Shown piece after piece: positions 22,831 to 28,573 of a stretch of 28,573 bases of DNA. The DNA comes from Macrostomum lignano. Taxonomy: Eukaryota. The notes beneath the pieces were generated by a model that saw nothing but the letters and a program-made list of their open reading frames with translations, ran no database searches and was not told the DNA's origin. Positions within the stretch are counted from its first letter, which is position 1; every line of letters starts with the position of its first letter. The position numbers were made by a program, and so were the translations under genes. The DNA is taken from contig NIVC01001812.1 of assembly GCA_002269645.1 (NCBI GenBank), positions 1 through 28,573 on the forward strand, given 5' to 3'.

Positions 22831-23549
22831 CAACAATCTCATCAGGATAGACGACCAATTAATTAAAATTGACACCAGCTTCCAACCATTATAATCAAAC
22901 CTATGGGTCTTAAAAAAAACTTTTAAAAATTACTTTAAAAAAGTTACTCACTAAAACATGCTTTAGTACTAATAGTAAACGTTTCTGCAGCTAATTTCAA
23001 TAATAAACTTATAGCTTCAATACAATATTAATGTTTCTGCAGAGAACTTGCACTGCAAATTGAAATCAATGCTTAAACTACATGTAGCAATAAAAATCTG
23101 TTCTCTCCCAGAGATGACTCATGCACAGTATCGATACAATCAATGTGCAGCCATATTTAGTGTAGAAGAACATTAGTAACCATTGCATACAGTTCAATGT
23201 AGCAAACTATACTGTTAGCTAGCAATAAAATATAGCTGTTTGCGCACCCCAGAATCGATAATGTGTTGGCCAATTTATTAAATCAGAGAAGCCTACATAG
23301 CAATATATAATATATGGATTAATCTCTAAGAGGGCACATTTAAGCCTAGAGAGAGACTAAGCAGAACCGCATTTTCAGACTGTTACTGTAGACTTTATTT
23401 TGCAGAATTAAATATTTAACTAATAATGATGCCACGGGACAGGGCTGAGCGCTCTCAGCCTGTGCTCATTAGTAAGTGCTCAGCATTTTATTTATTGGCT
23501 TGTTTTTTCTAATCATTTATGACGTCCAGGAGGCTGGCGACTTCTCATC

Positions 23550-24650
23550 TGTCTCTCCCTCTCCTCTCAGTGTCTCCCCATCTCCGTGTCCCTCTCTCTC
23601 TCTTCTCTGTGTCTCTCTCTCTCTCTTCTCCGTGTCTCTCCCTCTCCTCTCCGTGTCTCTCCATCTCCTCTCCGTGTCTCTCCCTCTCCCTCTCCGTGTC
23701 TCTCCCTCTCCTCTCCGTGGCTCTCCCTCTCCCTCTCCGTATCTCTCCCTCTCCTCTCCGTATCTCTCCCTCTCCTCTCAGTGTCTCTTTCTCTCCTCTC
23801 GGTGTCTCTCCCTCTCCTCTCAGTATCTCTCCCTCTCTTCTCAGTGTCTCTTTCTCTCCTCTCGGTGTCTCTCCCTCTCCTCTCATGTCTCTCCCTCTCC
23901 TCTGCGTGTCTCTCCCTCTCCTCTCCGTGTCTCTCTCTCTCTCCTCTCCTTGTCTCTCCCTCTCTTCTCAGTGTCTCTCCCTCTCCTCTCCGTGTCTCTC
24001 CCTCTCCTTTCCGTGTCTCTCCCTCTCCTCTCAGTATCTCTCCCTCTCCTCTCAGTATCTTTCCCTCTCCTCTCAGTGTCTCCCCCTCTCCTCTCCGTGT
24101 CTCTCCCTCTCCTTTCCGTGTCTCTCCCTCTCTTCTCAGTATCTTTCCCTCTCCTCTCAGTGTCTCTCTCTCTCCTCTCCGTGTCTCTCCCTCTCCTCTC
24201 AGTGTCTCTCCCTCTCCTCTCAGTGTCTCTCCCTCTCCTCTCAGTGTCTCTCCCTCTCCTCTCAGTGTCTCTCCCTCTCCTCTCAGTGTCTCTCCTCTCC
24301 TCTCAGTGTCTCTCCCTCTCCTCTTAGTGTCTCTCCCTCTCCTCTCAGTGTCTCTCCCTCTCCTCTCCGTGTCTCTCCCTCTCCTCTCAGTGTCTCTCCC
24401 TCTCCTCTCCGTGTCTCTCCCTCTCCTTTCCGTGTCTCTCCCTCTCCTCTCAGTATCTTTCCCTCTCCTCTCAGTATCTCTCCCTCTCCTCTCCGTGTCT
24501 CTCCCTCTCCTCTCAGTGTCTCTCCCTCTCCTCTCAGTATCTCTCCCTCTCCTCTCAGTGTCTCTCCCTCTCCTCTCCGTGTCTCTCACTCTCCTCTCAG
24601 TGTCTCTCCCTCTCCTCTCCGTGTCTCTCCCTCTCCTCTCGGTGTGTCTC
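23550..24650. repeat. 21-bp pyrimidine-rich minisatellite (GTGTCTCTCCCTCTCCTCTCA)
   Basis: About 50 copies; 7-aa periodic ORFs in several frames. Confidence 0.95.
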
Positions 24651-24953
24651 CCAGCAGAAGTAGTGGTTTGTTTTGCAATTAATTTAATAGCACAATCAGC
24701 TTCCCATTCTATTGAAATGATGAAGGATTAAATTTTGAAGGAAGTATTTAAAATGTCTATGGCCAGAAGCTATGCTTGCAGTTCCAATAGAAGCTGACAA
24801 TAAATATTAGTATTAACTTAAATTAACCTGCTATGCTATACGAAGTAAAAAATTCCTTGAGATCCGTTTCGTGACCGGAAATGACAAAGTTAGACGGTTC
24901 AATGGTCAGTCGGGAGAGCTGCTGAAGCGCTACATACTACTGTCATCCGCGCG

Positions 24954-25245
24954 ATGCCATGGTTGCACAAGTCGAAGAAATCCAGCAAAGCCGGCAGTTT
25001 CGGCGACTGTCCCGCAGCGGGCAAGAGCGGCAAAGTGCCGCAGGCGGCGTCGCCTCAGCAGCAGCTTCATCAGCCAGCTGCTTCTCACGATGAGCTCCAG
25101 GCAGCGCTGCACAGCGTGCTGGAGGCGCTGCGGAACCTCACCGAGAAGCAACGGCAGGGGCCGCCAGCGTCGCCACCTCAGCATCAGCCAGAAGCTCCTC
25201 AGCGTCACCACAGGAGCTCCCAGGAGAAGAAGCTCGCAGATAAAA

Positions 25246-25276
<31 letters not shown>

Positions 25277-26891
25277 GCCGGAGCCCCCGCCAATTTCTGG
25301 CGAGACATTTCGCAACCTGCAGAACTACTTCAGCCGCATCAGCAGCCGAGGCCGGAGCTCCACCGAGGCTGCCGTCGCCGTCTCCATTGAGGAGAGCGGC
25401 ACGACCTTCGGCACCGACCAGCTCGACCCGCCCAGCTCCGCCAGCCGGTTGCGCCGCCGGAACTTCCGCCCGACGCGTCGGCAGCTGCTGCCACCGGAGG
25501 CCGACATCGTCAGCGGCCTCACCAGCGAGGACCTGCAGGCGTCGGACGCCAGTGGCGATGGCGACAAGGACGAAACCGCAGCCGATGACGCCACCGAGCG
25601 CCATGACGGCTCGCCAACGCGCCGATGCTTCCGGGGCGAGCTGGTCGAAGCTGACGTCACTCCGGAGCGAGCCAGGTCCATCAGGAGCCCGCAGCCGCCG
25701 ACCCTGACAGCCCTCGGTTGCAGCGTTGTGACTCACTGCGGCTGCCCATCACAGCAGGCCGCAGCGATCCTGCTGATCCGCCAGGAGCCTTCGGTCTGTC
25801 GGCCGCCAGCCAGAGCCCCGAACCAGCAGCTGCCGCAGTGCGATGAGCAGCACAGGTGCAGCACCAAGAGCCTGCTCATCCGGGATGCAGTGCCAGAGGC
25901 GCTGAAGCCTCCAACTGAGCCGAGCGTTGCTGAAGCTGCTGAGAAGTCGGCGGACTGCGGCGTCGCTCCCTGCAGCACAGCTTTGAACACCTGCGCTGAC
26001 GGAGACTCAATTAGCAAGACCGGCACCAGCTGCTCGACTGAGGCTGCTGGTGAGGATGGCGAGGCCGACAGCAGCGGGAGCGAAGGGGAAGAGGGAGGCA
26101 TTGAAACTGAAACTGATGCTGGCAGCGCAGTGAACGGAAACACCGGTGCCTGGACGGGCTGCCGTGAGGCTGGCAATACAGTCGGTGCCAACGGAAACAC
26201 CGGTGCCTGGACGGGCTGCCGTGAGGCTGGCAATACAGTCGGTGCCAACGGAAACACCGGTGCCTGGACGGGCTGCCGTGAGGCTGGCAATACAGTCGGT
26301 GCCAACGGAAACACCGGTGCCTGGACGGGCTGCCGTGAGGCTGGCAATACAGTCGGTGCCAACGGAAACACCGGTGCCTGGATGGGCTGCCGTGAGGCTG
26401 GCAATACAGTCGGTGCTAACGGAAACAACGGTGCCTGGATTGGCTGCCGCGCTGGCGGACCTCAGAACCCGCTGCAGGTGCACAGCGTGATCGAGTCAAA
26501 GCTCCTGGAGAGCGCCTGCGAGTCGTTTCCACCGGCCGAGGCGGAGCTGGCGGCCCCGAGCAGCTCGAACGCGGTGGACTCGGAGCTGCCGCGATTCGGC
26601 AAAGTCGAGCTGCCGCCGGAGCCGCCCAGAACCGCTGAGCTGGGCTGCAACTCCAGCGGCAGCGCGAGCAGCGCCACGACGCTCGAGGTGCTGGACAACG
26701 GCAACGATGACTGCGACACCGAGGCTGGAGAGGGCGGCTCCTGCTGCACTTTCGACCCCGGCAAGAGCTCCGGGTTCGCTCAGCTGCTGCTCACCCTGGA
26801 CCGAGCGCAGCGCCGTCTCGAAGGTCTGGCGCCGTCCGCTGTGCCGCCTCCGTCTGGAGACTCGGCGGAGCCGCCCGTTGCGCCTGCGGCT

Positions 26892-26929
<38 letters not shown>

Positions 26930-27146
26930 TCTGTACAAGCAGCGCGCGTCGGTGCAGACGCTGAACCAGATGCTGCAGCGCTCGCCTTTCGTCTGCCGTG
27001 GGCGCGACAGATCGCCATCGACGGATGAAACCCAGCATCATCATCATCAGCAGCAGCAGCAGCATCAGCAGCAGCAGCATCAGCAGCATCAGCATCAGCA
27101 GCAGCAGCAGCAGCAGCAGCAGCATCAGCAGCAGCATCAGCAGCAT

Positions 27147-27191
<45 letters not shown>

Positions 27192-27221
27192 CAGCAGCAG
27201 CATCAGCAGCATCAGCAGCAT

Positions 27222-27257
<36 letters not shown>

Positions 27258-27392
27258 CAGCAGCAGCAAGCAGCAGCAGCAGCAGCAACAGCAGCAGCCA
27301 TGGCAACCCGTTCAACGACAGTCTCCAACTGCCTGGCAGCAGAGCTCCTGGACATTGCACCAGCAGTTGGCTTGTCAGCCACAGCTCAGTGA
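24954..27392 (+). CDS. 812-aa intronless ORF, largely low-complexity/disordered protein with short helical patches, a 19-aa repeat and polyQ/H; function unknown
   Basis: Long GC-rich ORF between AT-rich flanks. Patches such as HDELQAALHSVLEALRNL, FRNLQNYFSRI and FAQLLLTLDRAQRRL look protein-like. No domain recognised. The start and C-terminal frame are uncertain. Confidence 0.65.
26133..26450 (+). repeat. Coding 57-bp tandem repeat (NGNTGAWTGCREAGNTVGA), 5 copies plus a partial
   Basis: Units start at 26133, 26190, 26247, 26304, 26361 and 26418 and are near-identical. Confidence 0.95.
27033..27299 (+). repeat. (CAG/CAT)n coding trinucleotide tract (polyQ/H, then polyA); second Q12 tract at 26892-26927
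   Basis: About 260 bp of CAG with interspersed CAT. Confidence 0.95.
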
Positions 27393-27909
27393 CCTGAACC
27401 AGAGCAACCGCAGTCAGACAAGCTCATCGTCACTACAGCCACGTCCCTGATGACGCTGACACAGAGTCTGCAGCGCTGTGTGCTCCAGATTGAAGCAGCC
27501 GTGAGCAGATTGAACGGCAATAGCATCAGCTGAGTGAAGCTTACAGATATTCTCATCAAGGTAAACTCAACAGGTGACCCTGCCTGATATTGATGAGCTG
27601 TGATGAAGCCTTGGCAACAGCCCATGCTTATTTTCCATAACCCTCGCTTTTGAGGAAATTTTCATGTCAAGAATGTCAAAACGCATGCAACTGCTTACAA
27701 GTAGCCAATTGTTGCCACTCAACTGCAGTTATTTTTGCATTAATACAAAACTTATGCTCTTAAGATGTCGCGTATTCGCAATGCCAGACAACATCAGAGT
27801 GTACTCAGATTCAGTACAAGTAATATATTTGAGTTTGTGCGTTGGTACAGCCTCCATCTGTGTGCCTAGTATTAGAAATACCTAATATTTATGTTCTTAT
27901 ACTTAATAG

Positions 27910-28573
27910 AATCTGAGGGTGTAACTTCAGGCCCCTCAAGGATCTGAGGGTGCAGCTTCAGGCCCCTGAAGGATCTGAGGGTGCAGCTTCAGGCCATGAA
28001 GGATCTGAGGGTGCAGCTTCAGGCCCTGAAGGATCTGGAAGTGTAGCTTTAGGCCCCTGAAGGATCTGAGGGTGCAGCTTCAGGCCCCTAAAGGATCTCA
28101 GGGTGCAGCTTCAGGCGCCTGAAGGATCTGAGGGTGCAGCTTCAGGCCCCTAAAGGATCTCAGGGTGCAGCTTCAGGCGCCTGAAGGATCTGAGGGTGTA
28201 GCTTCAGGCCTCTGAAGGATCTGAGGGTGCAGTTTCAGGCCCTGAAGGATCTGAGGGTGCAGCTTCAGGCCCTAAAGGATCTCAGGGTGCAGCTTCAGGC
28301 GCCTGAAGGATCTGAGGGTGTAGCTTCAGGCCTCTGAAGGATCTGAGGGTGTAGCTTCAGGCCCTGAAGGATCTGAGGGTGTAGCTTCAGGCCCCTGAAG
28401 GATCTGAGGGTGTAGCTTCAGGCCTGAAGGATCTGAGGGTGTAGCTTCAGGCCCTGAAGGATCTGGAAGTGAGCTTTAGGCCCTGAAGGATCTGAGGGTG
28501 CAGCTTCGGCCCTAAAGGATCTCAGGGTGCAGCTTCAGGCCCCTGAAGGATCTGATAGTGCAGCTTCAGGCCC
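27910..28573. repeat. 30-31-bp minisatellite (CTGAAGGATCTGAGGGTGCAGCTTCAGGCC[C])
   Basis: About 21 copies running to the window end. Confidence 0.95.

Noticed and set aside
24871-27360. Overlapping and antisense ORFs (24871-25707, 24930-25736, 25733-26428, 26496-27269, 26791-27360) and 2513-3256
   Set aside because: Shadow ORFs of GC-rich coding sequence and CAG repeats; the + strand frame explains them.
27390-27392. Selenocysteine recoding of the TGA
   Set aside because: No SECIS element was recognised downstream and the protein resembles no known selenoprotein.

Overview
Eukaryotic (metazoan) genomic DNA. GC-rich + strand exons are separated by introns and intergenic DNA packed with more than 20 mini/microsatellite arrays. 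This architecture resembles the flatworm Macrostomum lignano (inference only). Bases 139-14944 hold the 3' part of a non-clustered (delta-like) protocadherin gene: one partial and four complete cadherin repeats, a transmembrane helix, a CM1-like DSGHG exon and a terminal exon. Its coding exons have four apparent small deletions, most likely long-read consensus errors. Downstream lie a tRNA-derived CORE-type SINE (~16.6-16.9 kb), a candidate spliced gene of unknown function (21.2-22.5 kb) and an 812-codon low-complexity ORF with a 57-bp coding repeat and a long Q/H tract (24954-27392). Most long ORFs in the supplied track are artefacts of tandem repeats. The most unusual items are: (1) a 296-bp element with terminal inverted repeats, inserted in a (TATC)n array and carrying a 64-nt degenerate copy of the 28S rRNA R2/Pokey/I-PpoI target region; (2) the CM1 exon bracketed by oppositely oriented arrays of the same heptamer; (3) splice sites that are part of minisatellite units. 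All splice and frame assignments were made by eye.
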